A stretch of DNA of 64,000 nucleotides from contig CAVWTN010000002.1 in the NCBI GenBank assembly GCA_963757945.1, positions 1,606,974 to 1,670,973 on the forward strand. The letters run 5' to 3'. The position numbers and the translations under genes are program-made. The notes under the pieces were generated by a model that worked only from the letters and a program-made list of their open reading frames with translations, had not been told where the DNA came from and searched no databases. This stretch comes from Vulcanimicrobiota bacterium (GTDB lineage: Bacteria; Vulcanimicrobiota; Vulcanimicrobiia; Vulcanimicrobiales; Vulcanimicrobiaceae). Below are positions 1 through 9,230 of this stretch, one piece after another. The number at the start of each line of letters is the position of its first letter. The stretch's first letter is position 1.

Positions 1-786
1 CATCTCTGACGCGGTCGCCGGCAAGAGCGAGCGCACGGTTCTTTCGGGGCTCGTCGACCTCGATGATTAGCCGCTTTTTATGATCGGCGAAGGAGACAAC
101 GTAGGAATCGCACACGACCGCACGCGATTCCCATTCCCAGTCACTGCGCTGCACGGCATTGGCGTCGCGTAGGACGAGACGCTCCAAATCGATCTCTGAT
201 GCTGAGCGAGGCCCGAATTGTTTAGCGGTTGCTGTTAGTTGCATGCGCCTTCGCAGCCGTTCTTCATACGAAAGGCCACGTACGAACGCATCAGCGTATT
301 GGGCTTTGTCTCGCACGCTCGAGTCCGGCAACGGCATCTCGCGAACAGGGATCTGATCGTAGCGAATGGGACGCCTCCCGCCCGATTGCCCTCGATAGTG
401 ATCCTGACACCAAACGCCCACCTCTTCAAGGGGATACTCTAAGACGCCGATGCGCGCCATCACCTCCGAGAGGTCGCTTGCGACTTCTCCTTCGAGGCAG
501 ACGTACATGTTTGGATCACCGAGCAACGCGAGCCCTGGGAAAATCGGGGCGCCACAAACGTCGCAGGTCGGTCGGCCTAGCGAGATCTCGCCGCACCCGG
601 AAGCTCTCGCCGCACACTGAAAGCAATATGTTTGCTCAAGCGTTTGTGCTGCGGCCGCCATGAACTGCCGCTTGATGCGGACTGAACGGTTGAGATGCGA
701 TCGTACGGTGGCAGCTACCCGGTCGGGTACGGCCTGGCTCTCACTTTCCAGAAGAAACCTTGGCCCAAGCACGTCGTCGATGAGCA
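1..786 (-). CDS. Hypothetical Zn-ribbon protein, 5' part only (gene runs off the window start). It is absent from the ORF track because the ORF is open at the edge.
   Basis: Manual translation of the minus strand from about 786 downward gives an uninterrupted reading frame to position 1. It encodes ...MLIDDVLGPRFLLESESQAVPDRVAATVRSHLNRSVRIKRQFMAAAAQTLEQTYCFQCAARASGCGEISLGRPTCDVCGAPIFPG... with CxxC...CxxC motifs. An upstream in-frame TAG lies at about 812. Local GC is lower than the window bulk. Confidence 0.35.
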
Positions 787-1455
787 TCACGAGACGATCG
801 ACAGGGGCATCCAACTCATCGGCGAGTTCAGCTAGCTTGATCAACGTTACTATACCTTCCTATGGTCGAGGTTTGAAAGACATGGTCCGCGGGACTGAGC
901 AGTGTTGCGTCTTCGGGGGAAAACACTGATAGAGGGCATGTAGTTGCTGTAGTGCAGGTGCATAACGCGTGCGCGCATCTTTCCTGTCGGCGGAATCCGG
1001 CCTTTCCCTTGTTGGCAGCAATTCGCCAGTTTGTCGCTTCGCTGTAGATCGCGCCGTTGATCCAAAGCCGAATTGTCCGGTAACGGGAAGCCCCTTAATG
1101 GAACGCATGACACTGGGATATAGTCGCGCAGAACGGGGTGCCCGGTGACGTGCTTCACGGATCAGCTTCCTCGAGATGCCTTCGCTTGTGGCATCGATCT
1201 CCGCCATCCGTCCGCCAACTCTCCCCTATGCGTCTATATCCCCGTTCTTCCATCGGCGGCGAGTTACGGCGTCTTAGGCCGCATACGATATTCGCTCTCA
1301 CACGGCTAAGGGCGGCACTGGCTTTCGAACGTTTCAGCGGCCGTCACGGTCCGTTCACTTCTTGGGCGGGATGCAGGTCAACCGTCAATGGTGCGAGCGG
1401 CTTGGAGAAATGACGGTCAGGTGGCTGAGCGAGGTGGCCATCCGGTGGGTGAGCA

Positions 1456-3813
1456 TCAGTCGCAGACGCGATCAAGCAACCCGAGTCGAATCGCCTGGAT
1501 TGTTGAAATTGGCCGATCGTAGGCGCACAGGCGGCGGTACAGATTCACATAGGAGTTTGCGTCGAAGGTGTGTATGCCCGAGTATCCGAGGCGGAGTGCG
1601 GCGATGACCGGATCTGCGAAGTCGATGACGACTTGCCCATCGGGATAGCCGTATTGTCCGAAGAGATGCCGGGCGAGTGTGTGTCCCCAAACTTCGGACG
1701 TCGCGAAGGCGTCGAAGATGCCCTCGAGTTTATTCTCGGTGCGACTCGGATCGAGGCGCGGATCTTCGGCCGTTGAGCGGTAGTGGAGTTGGCAGTACGG
1801 GTGTGCCGAGCGTCGGCCGACGTCACCGAGGCTGAGGATGAGTGCGCCGCCGCCGGTAGCGGTTGCAAGTCCGGTGGTAGCGATGCGGAGCCCGCGATCT
1901 CGTAGTTGGCCCAGGATGCTCGTGAAATGGCGGACGGCACTGGCATCCCCGCCGCGGACGTCGAGTTCAATTTCGACTTCGCGAGCGAGTAAAACCGTCG
2001 TCGCTTCGACCATGGAGTCTTGGGCCACGAGCGCTGTCGGCATGTCGATACTCCCCAAGAGACGCACGAGTACGCTCGGACCCGAGATCGCGTTGGGAGT
2101 GACGGGTCCCACCGTGACGCGTCCGCGTCCGGCGGCACCATCGGCAAATACGTAGTAGCATTCGCCGACGCCAAGTTGCGATGGGGGGCAAAGCTGTACC
2201 GCGCTAAGCCCGCCTCGCCGCGGGTGTGGCATGAGGCGTGCAACGGCCTCGAGCGTTTCCCGTTCCGTGCTTCGGAAAAAGAGCTTGTTGCCCGTGTTCC
2301 CGAGCAGAATATTGAGCGTTGCGTCCACGTCGCTCGAATGACTGGTGTTCTGCTGCGCGAGCCGGTTCTTGATAGCCGCCAGAGACTGTGTTGCGAGGAC
2401 GCAGGTTACGCGGTAGGCGCGGCACCGGTCGAGAAACGCTTGTTCACCGCTTTCCGGGTCCGAGGTGATAAACCGTTGAAACTCGTCGCAGATGTAGAAC
2501 ATCGGGCGGTGCTTATTCGAGCGGCAGAAGGCGGCCTCAAAGTACTTGGTCTTGAGGACGCGGCCAGCCACCTCGGCTCCGGACGAACCAAGGTCTGGTG
2601 AAAAAACGATGGCGACGCCGTCCTCGACGGAGTCTCGCACCGACGCTGTCCCCGAGCTAGGAAACCAGGCTGGTGCGAGGTCCACGCATCGGTTGAGATC
2701 GGCTTCTGCCAGGTCTGTTAGGTACAGCAATGCCGTTGAGAGTTCGCTCGCGCGTTGTCCGGGAGGCGCATCTAAGAGCGACGTGAGCTTTGCGTATTCT
2801 CGTGGTTCCATCCCCAGATCCCGGCAGAGGATCGCAAAGGGTTGAAGGATTGATGGATGACTCATGATCAGATGGCAGAACGCGAGATCAACTGCGAAGA
2901 AGTTGTCCCCAACGTTAAACGCAGGCGTCATTTCGATCGCCTTTAGCGCCTCCGGCAAGGTCGCTCTGATCCGAAGGACTTCACGGAAATTGATATCGCC
3001 GAACTTAGATGCGGCTTCTCTTGCCGCAAAGATGCACGTAATGATCTGCAGTGCAGAGTTTTTCCAATACGCCTCCATGGCTCCGCGAGACTGGACGAAA
3101 GCCGGCGAGCAGAGGGAGAGGGCATACGACACGGATGCTGCGGCGCTTCGGCCTGCGAAGCCCTCGAAGAGACGAACGCGAGGCGACCCCGCTTGACCGA
3201 GCATCAGGGTCGGACGCTCCAGAGGCGCGCATTCGTCGCGAACGATCTGCTGCAACTCGTGCTTCGGATCGATAACGAGCAAGCTTGTGCGGTTGAATGC
3301 CTCACTGGCACGATAGGCCAGCGCGCTTCTCAGGAGCGGTTTGACCGCGGACACGGTTTTGCCGGAGCCCGTTTCTCCAGTGATCAGGAAGTGTCGACTC
3401 ATGATACGAGGGGAGAGCGCTTTGGCCTCGATCGCGCTCCATTCATCGATGATGAATGGGAATGACTCATCATCTTCGCTCCATTCGAGCGGGCGATAGT
3501 CCGGTCGTAAGCTCTGCGTTGCGCTGTGAGAGTTTTGGATCTCCGCTCCGCGCCAGGTAGAGTCGGCGGCCGTATCGTCGAAGTCTTCGCCGAGTTGTTC
3601 GGCGTCAATCATGCAGCGAACGTCGTCAATACGATCTCGATGGCTTGCGCGAGGTTCTCGGAGTGGGCGTCCATCTGGCTCGGGGCCGACGCATTCTTGT
3701 CGAACCTCAGCAGCATCGCGCAGTTCTTGGTCGCATTTGGGGCAGCGGATGGATCCGGGCGCGACGCGACGCTCGAGGCAGACTTCGCAGGCGAGTTGGT
3801 GGTAACGCGGCAT
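1456..3813 (-). CDS. TraG/VirD4/TrwB-like (FtsK-HerA superfamily) P-loop ATPase. It has an N-terminal CxxC...CxxC zinc ribbon and a C-terminal domain of about 170 aa that is not recognised.
   Basis: A complete 785-aa ORF. Walker A is FLITGETGSGKTVSAVKPL. Walker B/DE is LLVIDPKHEL and later MFYICDEFQRF. The motif CVLATQSLAAIKNRL resembles the coupling-protein ATQS motif. No N-terminal TM helices are present. The zinc ribbon is ACEVCLERRVAPGSIRCPKCDQE. Confidence 0.55.
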   Translation of the reverse strand: MPRYHQLACEVCLERRVAPGSIRCPKCDQELRDAAEVRQECVGPEPDGRPLREPRASHRDRIDDVRCMIDAEQLGEDFDDTAADSTWRGAEIQNSHSATQSLRPDYRPLEWSEDDESFPFIIDEWSAIEAKALSPRIMSRHFLITGETGSGKTVSAVKPLLRSALAYRASEAFNRTSLLVIDPKHELQQIVRDECAPLERPTLMLGQAGSPRVRLFEGFAGRSAAASVSYALSLCSPAFVQSRGAMEAYWKNSALQIITCIFAAREAASKFGDINFREVLRIRATLPEALKAIEMTPAFNVGDNFFAVDLAFCHLIMSHPSILQPFAILCRDLGMEPREYAKLTSLLDAPPGQRASELSTALLYLTDLAEADLNRCVDLAPAWFPSSGTASVRDSVEDGVAIVFSPDLGSSGAEVAGRVLKTKYFEAAFCRSNKHRPMFYICDEFQRFITSDPESGEQAFLDRCRAYRVTCVLATQSLAAIKNRLAQQNTSHSSDVDATLNILLGNTGNKLFFRSTERETLEAVARLMPHPRRGGLSAVQLCPPSQLGVGECYYVFADGAAGRGRVTVGPVTPNAISGPSVLVRLLGSIDMPTALVAQDSMVEATTVLLAREVEIELDVRGGDASAVRHFTSILGQLRDRGLRIATTGLATATGGGALILSLGDVGRRSAHPYCQLHYRSTAEDPRLDPSRTENKLEGIFDAFATSEVWGHTLARHLFGQYGYPDGQVVIDFADPVIAALRLGYSGIHTFDANSYVNLYRRLCAYDRPISTIQAIRLGLLDRVCD

Positions 3814-4193
3814 TGAGTCGGTTCCTTTCAGTCGCTGGCGAGAGACGTGCAGGGTCTCACGGGACTGACGGAACGGGCAGACTACGAACTCTCTTTGATT
3901 GTGTGTGGAAGAGGGAGTGCGGACGGAGGCTTAATACGCGTCGCTCCAGCTAGCTCGTGCTTCCTTTTGGCTTCGACTCTCGGGGAAAGTGCAGGGTCGA
4001 GCGGGGTAGGAAGGGGCGGCAGACCTGCTGGCGACACACGGCTCATGAGCGCACTCTTGACGCCGTTCGCTAACTTTCTCGAAGTCCTCCTGGAACCAGG
4101 AGTCTTCGCATCTCGTGCCGCCGGATTGTTCCGAGGCGCGGGCTGGATAGTTAATATATCCAGGGCTGGGCCTGGTTGTCAAGGGGCCTGGAG

Positions 4194-4398
4194 CGACCCC
4201 GTTTTGGACCGGACACGCAGCATAGCTTAAGGCCATAGGCGTAGGCCTATGCCTTGCGTATGACTATGACGGAGCGAATCGAGAATCATCACCGGCTGGA
4301 GCGGCCCCGTTTTGGACCGGACACGCGGCATAGCTTAAGGCCATAGGCGTAGGCCTATGCGTATGACTATGACGGAACGAATCGAGATCATCACCGGC
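4194..4398 (+). repeat. Tandem direct duplication (2 x about 102 bp) of the IS left terminus plus the first 14 codons of OrfA. The upstream copy is degenerate.
   Basis: 4194-4296 (tggagcgaccccgttttggaccggacacgcagcatagcttaaggccataggcgtaggcctatgcCTTGCgtatgactatgacggagcgaatcgagaAtcatcaccggc) versus 4297-4398 (same without the 5-bp and 1-bp insertions). The second copy carries the intact OrfA start ATGCGTATGACTATGACGGAA. Confidence 0.85.
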
Positions 4399-5603
4399 GT
4401 CGAGCGCCGGCGGCGCTACTCCGTGGAACAAAAGGTGCGCCTGGTCGAGGAAACCCAGCGGCCCGGAATGTCGGTCTCCCAGGTGGCGCGAATTCATGGC
4501 GTCTCCCCCAGCCTGCTCTTCCATTGGAGACGACGCATAGCCGAAGGCAGCCGCCGAGCCGTCCGCGCCGACGATGAAGTCGTCGGGGCCAACGAGGTGC
4601 GTGAGCTCAAGCGCCAAGTGCGTGAGCTCGAGCGCATGCTCGGCAAGAAGACGATGGAGAACGAGATCCTGCGCGAGGCGCTGACGCTAGCGCAGGAAAA
4701 AAAACTGCTCTCGCGCTTGCCATCGCCGCCAGCGGACGATTCCCGGTGAAGGCGATCGCCGATACGCTCGAGGTCAGCCGCTCGAATCTCATCGAGCAAA
4801 TCGCTCAGGGCCGACGATCGCGTCGGGCCTACCGTAAGGTCGAGGACGGGGAGTTGCTGGATGCGATCCGGCCGCTCGTCGACAAGCGACCGACGTACGG
4901 CTACCGTCGCATCATGGCCTTGCTCAACCGGGAACGGACCAACGCTGGGCTGCCGCGGCTCAACCACAAGCGGATCTATCGCGTCATGCGTGCCGCCAAT
5001 CTGCTCTTGCAGCCGTGCACCGGCAAGCGGATCGATCGCGTCCACGATGGCGTGGTCCAGACCCTGCGCTCCAACATGCGCTGGTGTTCCGATGGCTTTG
5101 AGATTCACTGCTGGAACGGGGAGATCGTTCGCATCGCCCTCGTCCTGGACACCTGCGATCGCGAGGTGATGGCCTGGGTGGCCAGCACCGCCGGCATCAG
5201 CGGCGAGATGGTGCGAGATTTGATGCTGCTCTCCGTCGAGCGCCGCTTCGGCGGCTACCGCACGCGCATCGGATCCAATGGCTCTCTGACAACGGTAGTG
5301 GCTACACGGCGGACGATACGATTGACTTTGCTCAGGCCGTTGGCCTCTGGTCGTGCTTCATACCCGTGCGCAGCCCTCAGTCCAACGGGATGTCGGAGGC
5401 GTTCGTCAAGACGTTCAAGCGCGACTTCGTCCGCTGCAATCCGATCCCCAACGCCGAGACGGTTCTCGGCAACCTCGACGCCTGGTTCGAAGACTATAAT
5501 ACCGTTCATCCCCACAGCGCGCTCCGGATGCTCTCGCCGCGAGAGTTCATCAGCACCAATTCATCACTCGCTGCGTTTTCCGGCTTTCATAGGGGCAACT
5601 CCA
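4297..5603 (+). mobile_element. IS3-family insertion sequence of the IS407 group, about 1.3 kb. The right end is inferred from an imperfect inverted repeat (ccggtccaaaacggggccgctcca-like versus ...ggggcaactcca). Boundaries are approximate.
   Basis: OrfA and OrfB are in -1 frame relation. An A8 slippery run lies at about 4694-4701 inside the overlap. OrfB carries the IS407-like motifs MRWCSDGFEIHCWNGE ... IQWLSDNGSGYTA ... SPQSNGMSEAFVKTFKRDF. Confidence 0.7.
4357..4749 (+). CDS. IS3-family transposase OrfA (HTH plus leucine zipper).
   Basis: MTERIEIITGVERRRRYSVEQKVRLVEETQRPGMSVSQVARIHGVSPSLLFHWRRR, followed by a leucine heptad region. It ends just after the A8 slippery site. Confidence 0.85.
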   Translation: MRMTMTERIEIITGVERRRRYSVEQKVRLVEETQRPGMSVSQVARIHGVSPSLLFHWRRRIAEGSRRAVRADDEVVGANEVRELKRQVRELERMLGKKTMENEILREALTLAQEKKLLSRLPSPPADDSR

Positions 5604-5659
5604 CCGCCCACTTAGGATGCCCTCTATTTACGATCAACAGGTGTTTACGGCTTCATTGA
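4746..5659 (+). pseudogene. IS3-family (IS407-like) transposase OrfB with a DDE integrase core. It carries a +/-1 frameshift near 5270-5290.
   Basis: Frame A (4746 ORF) holds the N-terminal part of the DDE core up to ...VERRFGGYRTR. The conserved IQWLSDNGSGYTADDTIDFAQAVGLWSCFIPVRSPQSNGMSEAFVKTFKRDF continues in another frame and matches the 5366..5659 ORF. The frame change lies at cgcatcGGATCCaatggc. Translation then runs beyond the inferred IS end to a stop at 5659. Confidence 0.75.
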
Positions 5660-6025
5660 CGCTAACAATCTCCTTCGATCAAGGTCTCATGGCGAACCTG
5701 CGGCAACGGCTTCCGCTAAAGTCTACGTTCTCGCTAGCCGATAAAGTCGCTACATGCCATTCTATTAAGCCAAGTGTCTTATGAATCGCGTGTTCTATCT
5801 ATTGCATTTATACTGCTAAGGCGAGAGCGAGGCGTCATGGACGCGCCTGCGCTTGACCCTAACACATTGCGGGCGTAACGCAATGTGACCCGCACTGCGT
5901 CGCTCACGGAGGCCAAGCAAGCGTCGTAGATGATCGATGGCTAAACCCGCACATTCCGGCGGCTTCCGATAACTCCGGCTCCCGCTCTATCACGAGATTC
6001 TATATTCACAGCAAATTGAGGCTAC

Positions 6026-6931
6026 ATGCGAGCGTCCAAGCATCTCCTAACTCTTGCCATCCTCCTGTCGATCTCCGCACTCTCCGCATGTGGCGGCGCC
6101 GGATCGACCCCCGCGGCGACGGCAACCGCAACCCCAACGGCGTCGCTTTCCGGGACGCTCATTGAATACACGTCAGGGTTGCCCTTGAGCGGATTCACCG
6201 TTACCCTCGGCACGGGGTCGGATTTCTTCACGTGCAATAGCGCACAGACGCAAGCCGTCAACGCCTGCGAGCAGGTCGCCTCCATTACCGCAACGACAAC
6301 AACGAGCCCATCGGGAGCGTTCTCGCTCTCCAATATCCCAGTCGGATCGTATCTGCTTGTCATCAAGCAAGACAGCACTTACGCAACGCTGCACCGCTGG
6401 GTTGCGCTTTCGTCTGGTCAAGCATCGCTCGGAACCGTGAAGCTCTCGGCCCTTTCGGGAGACGAGCAACGCTGGCTGGTTGACGTCAACACGAAGCGCG
6501 CGACGGTCTCGTATCCAGCATCATTTGCGAATCTCGTCATCGACGAATACGCCGAGGAACAAGCTCGTGCTGAGGCATCAGCGGTTGCTGCGGGAGCATA
6601 TTCGTATAGCGATGCCACGGAAGGCACGTTCCTCGGGCTGTACCTTAGTAGTCCGGGAGTGCGATTTTCGGGAGGGAGTGGAGTTGCAGACCTTCAACCG
6701 GCGGCTTCGGCATACGTTGCGGCAGACCAAGCGTTTTTTGCGGAAAAAGCGAATTGCCCAAATGGCAACTGGCAAACGTGTGTATGGGCCGAAAATACCG
6801 GACACTACATCGCTCTTTCTAACACACAAGACACCTGGATCGGATTGGGCGAATCCTCGACCTCATACCATTACGCCGGCGGCGGCATCCCTCTGTTTCA
6901 GTTTCGCGTGAGGCCATCCGAACGGACATAA
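6026..6931 (+). CDS. Secreted lipoprotein with a carboxypeptidase-regulatory-like/Cna-B-type beta-sandwich domain.
   Basis: Signal peptide plus lipobox MRASKHLLTLAILLSISALSAC. SGTLIEYTSGLPLSGFTVTL...SPSGAFSLSNIPVGSYLLVI is typical of CarboxypepD_reg-like domains. It is preceded by a 45%-GC AT-rich leader. The 3' end abuts or overlaps the putative left IR of the next IS. Confidence 0.55.
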   Translation: MRASKHLLTLAILLSISALSACGGAGSTPAATATATPTASLSGTLIEYTSGLPLSGFTVTLGTGSDFFTCNSAQTQAVNACEQVASITATTTTSPSGAFSLSNIPVGSYLLVIKQDSTYATLHRWVALSSGQASLGTVKLSALSGDEQRWLVDVNTKRATVSYPASFANLVIDEYAEEQARAEASAVAAGAYSYSDATEGTFLGLYLSSPGVRFSGGSGVADLQPAASAYVAADQAFFAEKANCPNGNWQTCVWAENTGHYIALSNTQDTWIGLGESSTSYHYAGGGIPLFQFRVRPSERT

Positions 6932-6958
6932 TTAGTGAGGGCGTGAAAGGTCTCACGC

Positions 6959-7360
6959 ATGCAAAGGAACCACGAATCTCCGGACCCGGAGGTTCCCGCC
7001 AAGGCAGCGCGCCGGCGGTTTTCTGCGGCCGAGAAGGCCCGCATTCTCGAGGAGTACGACCGCGCCTCGGCGATCGAGCGAGCGGCGATCTGCCGCCGGG
7101 AGCGCATCTACTCATCGCATCTCTTCCACTGGCGTAAGCAGCGCGCCGCCGGAGCGCCGCTCGACGCCAAGCGGGGGCGTAAGCCCGATCCGCAAGGCGT
7201 GGAGAACACGCGCCTGCGCAAGGAGAACGCCACCTTGGCGGAGCGCCTGGCCAAGGCTGAACGGGTGATTGACATCCAGGGAAAAGCATACGCGCTCTTG
7301 CGGTCCGTAGTCGGCGAGAGCGCGGAACAGACGGACTTGCCGCCGTCGAGAAAATCGTAA
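6959..7360 (+). CDS. IS3-family transposase OrfA.
   Basis: RRRFSAAEKARILEEYDRASAIERAAICRRERIYSSHLFHWRKQ (HTH), then a leucine zipper LRKENATLAERLAKAERVIDI. Confidence 0.8.
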   Translation: MQRNHESPDPEVPAKAARRRFSAAEKARILEEYDRASAIERAAICRRERIYSSHLFHWRKQRAAGAPLDAKRGRKPDPQGVENTRLRKENATLAERLAKAERVIDIQGKAYALLRSVVGESAEQTDLPPSRKS

Positions 7361-8526
7361 TGGATCTCGCGGCCGAGCTTGGCGAACGCGAAGCTTGCCG
7401 GCACGTTGGGCACGCGCGAGCGAGCTTTCGGCGTCGTCACGTGCTTGAGCCTCCAGCGCTCGAGGATCCGCCTGAACGAGTGAACCCTTCCTCGCGGCCC
7501 TCGCGGCAACAGCGGCGGTATCAAATACGGCAACTCACGCGAAGCGAACGCAGCGATACCCGCACGCGCCGTCCGTCATCGTTGGCGCTGAGCATGGAGG
7601 AACGTCAGATCGTCTTGGATGCGATTCATCAGCCGCGCTTCGTAGATCGCAGCGTACCGCACATCCACGCGACGCTCATGGACGAGGGGACCTATCCCTG
7701 CTCGATGGCGACGATGTATCGGGTTCTCCACAGCGTCGGCGAGGTCGGCGAACGGCGCGATCAGGCAACGCGGCCTGCACGCGTAAAGCCTGAGCTCTGC
7801 GCGACGGCGCCGCGTCAGGTGTTTGCCTGGGACATCACCAAGCTGCACGGGCCGCGGAAATGGAGCTATTTCTATCTCTACGTGATCGTCGATATCTACA
7901 GCCGCTTCGTCGTGGGTTGGATGGTCGCCGATCGCGAAAGCTCCGAGCTGGCTCGCATTCTGCTGTCGGAAACGATCCGCAAGGAAGGCGTCGACCCGGC
8001 AAAGCTGACGGTGCATTCTGATAACGGCAGCTCGATGGCCTCGAAACCCGTCGCCTTCCTCCTTGCCGATCTAGGCGTGACCAAGAGTCATTCTCGGCCT
8101 CACGTCAGCGATGATAACCCGCACATCGAGTCGCTGTTCAAGACCGTCAAGTATCAGCCGGAATTCCCAAAGACGTTTGCTAATCTCGCTGAGGCGCGCG
8201 TCTTCTGCCGCACCTTCGTGCAGTGGTACAACACGCAGCATCGCCACAGCTCGCTCGCGCTCGTATCGCCGTCAGACGTCCATCATGGCCGCGCAGGCGC
8301 GATCCTACGGCAGCGCCAGGTCGTGCTGGACGCGGCGTATGCCAAGCATCCCGAGCGATTCGTTCGCGGCGCTCCGAGAGTTCCGCAACTTCCAACCGCA
8401 TCATACATCAATCGCCCCAAAGAAACCGCAAGCGACACGCCACAACCGTCGCAGATCCAGTCTCGCGACTACAGCAACTCAGCGGAGATTGCAGCAACGA
8501 TCAAGCCACTTGAACTCAGCGCTTGA
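7360..8526 (+). CDS. IS3-family transposase OrfB (DDE integrase core). It is probably expressed as an OrfAB fusion by -1 frameshifting. The ATG at 7360 is unlikely to be the native start.
   Basis: The DDE motifs are as above. The first about 80 codons are R-rich and look like an out-of-frame artefact or the frameshift window. Confidence 0.75.
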   Translation: MDLAAELGEREACRHVGHARASFRRRHVLEPPALEDPPERVNPSSRPSRQQRRYQIRQLTRSERSDTRTRRPSSLALSMEERQIVLDAIHQPRFVDRSVPHIHATLMDEGTYPCSMATMYRVLHSVGEVGERRDQATRPARVKPELCATAPRQVFAWDITKLHGPRKWSYFYLYVIVDIYSRFVVGWMVADRESSELARILLSETIRKEGVDPAKLTVHSDNGSSMASKPVAFLLADLGVTKSHSRPHVSDDNPHIESLFKTVKYQPEFPKTFANLAEARVFCRTFVQWYNTQHRHSSLALVSPSDVHHGRAGAILRQRQVVLDAAYAKHPERFVRGAPRVPQLPTASYINRPKETASDTPQPSQIQSRDYSNSAEIAATIKPLELSA

Positions 8527-9230
8527 CAATCGAATCAAGCGCCACTAAACTCAAGGCGCCGCACACTAAATCACGCGCAGCGCGTGGTCTCATTCGAGCT
8601 GAAAGCTTCCGCATCGACTACGGCCAGCAGTGGGCCTATGCTGGCATTATCGGGCAAAACGGAACGAATGCCGGTCCAGCAATGGTCGTAAGAAGCCTCA
8701 CTAAGCATCTCTAAGCAAACCGCATGGCACGCCAACCGCCCACGCGACCGCTTGCGGCGAGGGGGGGCGTCTGGAATGACTCATTAAACTTGTGTCGCGA
8801 GGCGAGCCGGGCTGCCTCGGCGGGCAGTCAAGGAAACCGCACTCCAGTTGGTGGGACACTCTCAAAACCGCGCGCTTGGATTGGCTGGTGCGGGGCGGAA
8901 GGGCCTTCTCGATTTTGTGGATGGCAACGCCAACGGCACGGTCATGAACGAGTTGCGCGCAATCGAAAAAGTACCGATCATAAAGATGGCCCGTTCGAGA
9001 CTGAGCATCCGACGCGTAACCCGGCAGACGAGGCAACGCCGCGAGACGATTGAGTTAAGGGCAGGAGGCGGGATTGCTGCTGCGGCGGGGCGCCAAAAGC
9101 GCACACAACAGGCGCAGGGCCAACCGAGCTTGATCCACGTCGCTCCCCTAACGTCAACCTCGCCCAGCGTGCACGCGCGGTTTCACACGAATCCGCCGCC
9201 CGAAGTGCACGTGCTCCCCTATACGCGGGG

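Larger units (their letters stand above)
6909..8592 (+). mobile_element. Second IS3-family insertion sequence, about 1.7 kb. The ends are tentative: TGAGGCCATCCG... on the left and ...CGCGTGGTCTCA on the right (9/12 inverted match).
   Basis: OrfA and OrfB are in -1 frame relation (6959 and 7360). The OrfB DDE core reads FAWDITKLHGPRKWSYFYLYVIVDIYSRFVVGWMV ... LTVHSDNGSSMASKP ... SRPHVSDDNPHIESLFKTVKYQ. Confidence 0.6.

Noticed and set aside
229-663. Plus-strand ORFs 159..356, 229..663 and 239..442 at the window start.
   Set aside because: They are antisense to a longer uninterrupted minus-strand frame (1..786) that encodes a plausible Zn-ribbon protein. Their composition is spurious.
3847-4236. 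ORFs 3847..4230 (+) and 3931..4236 (-) between the ATPase gene and the IS.
   Set aside because: No motifs, and they overlap each other. The region more likely holds the ATPase promoter and IS-flanking sequence. Only a short imperfect hairpin (ctggata...tatccag) was noted.
8593-9230. Several 60-130-aa ORFs on both strands between IS#2 and the DUF3800 gene.
   Set aside because: They are mutually overlapping with biased composition and no motifs. The region is probably non-coding or a degraded remnant.
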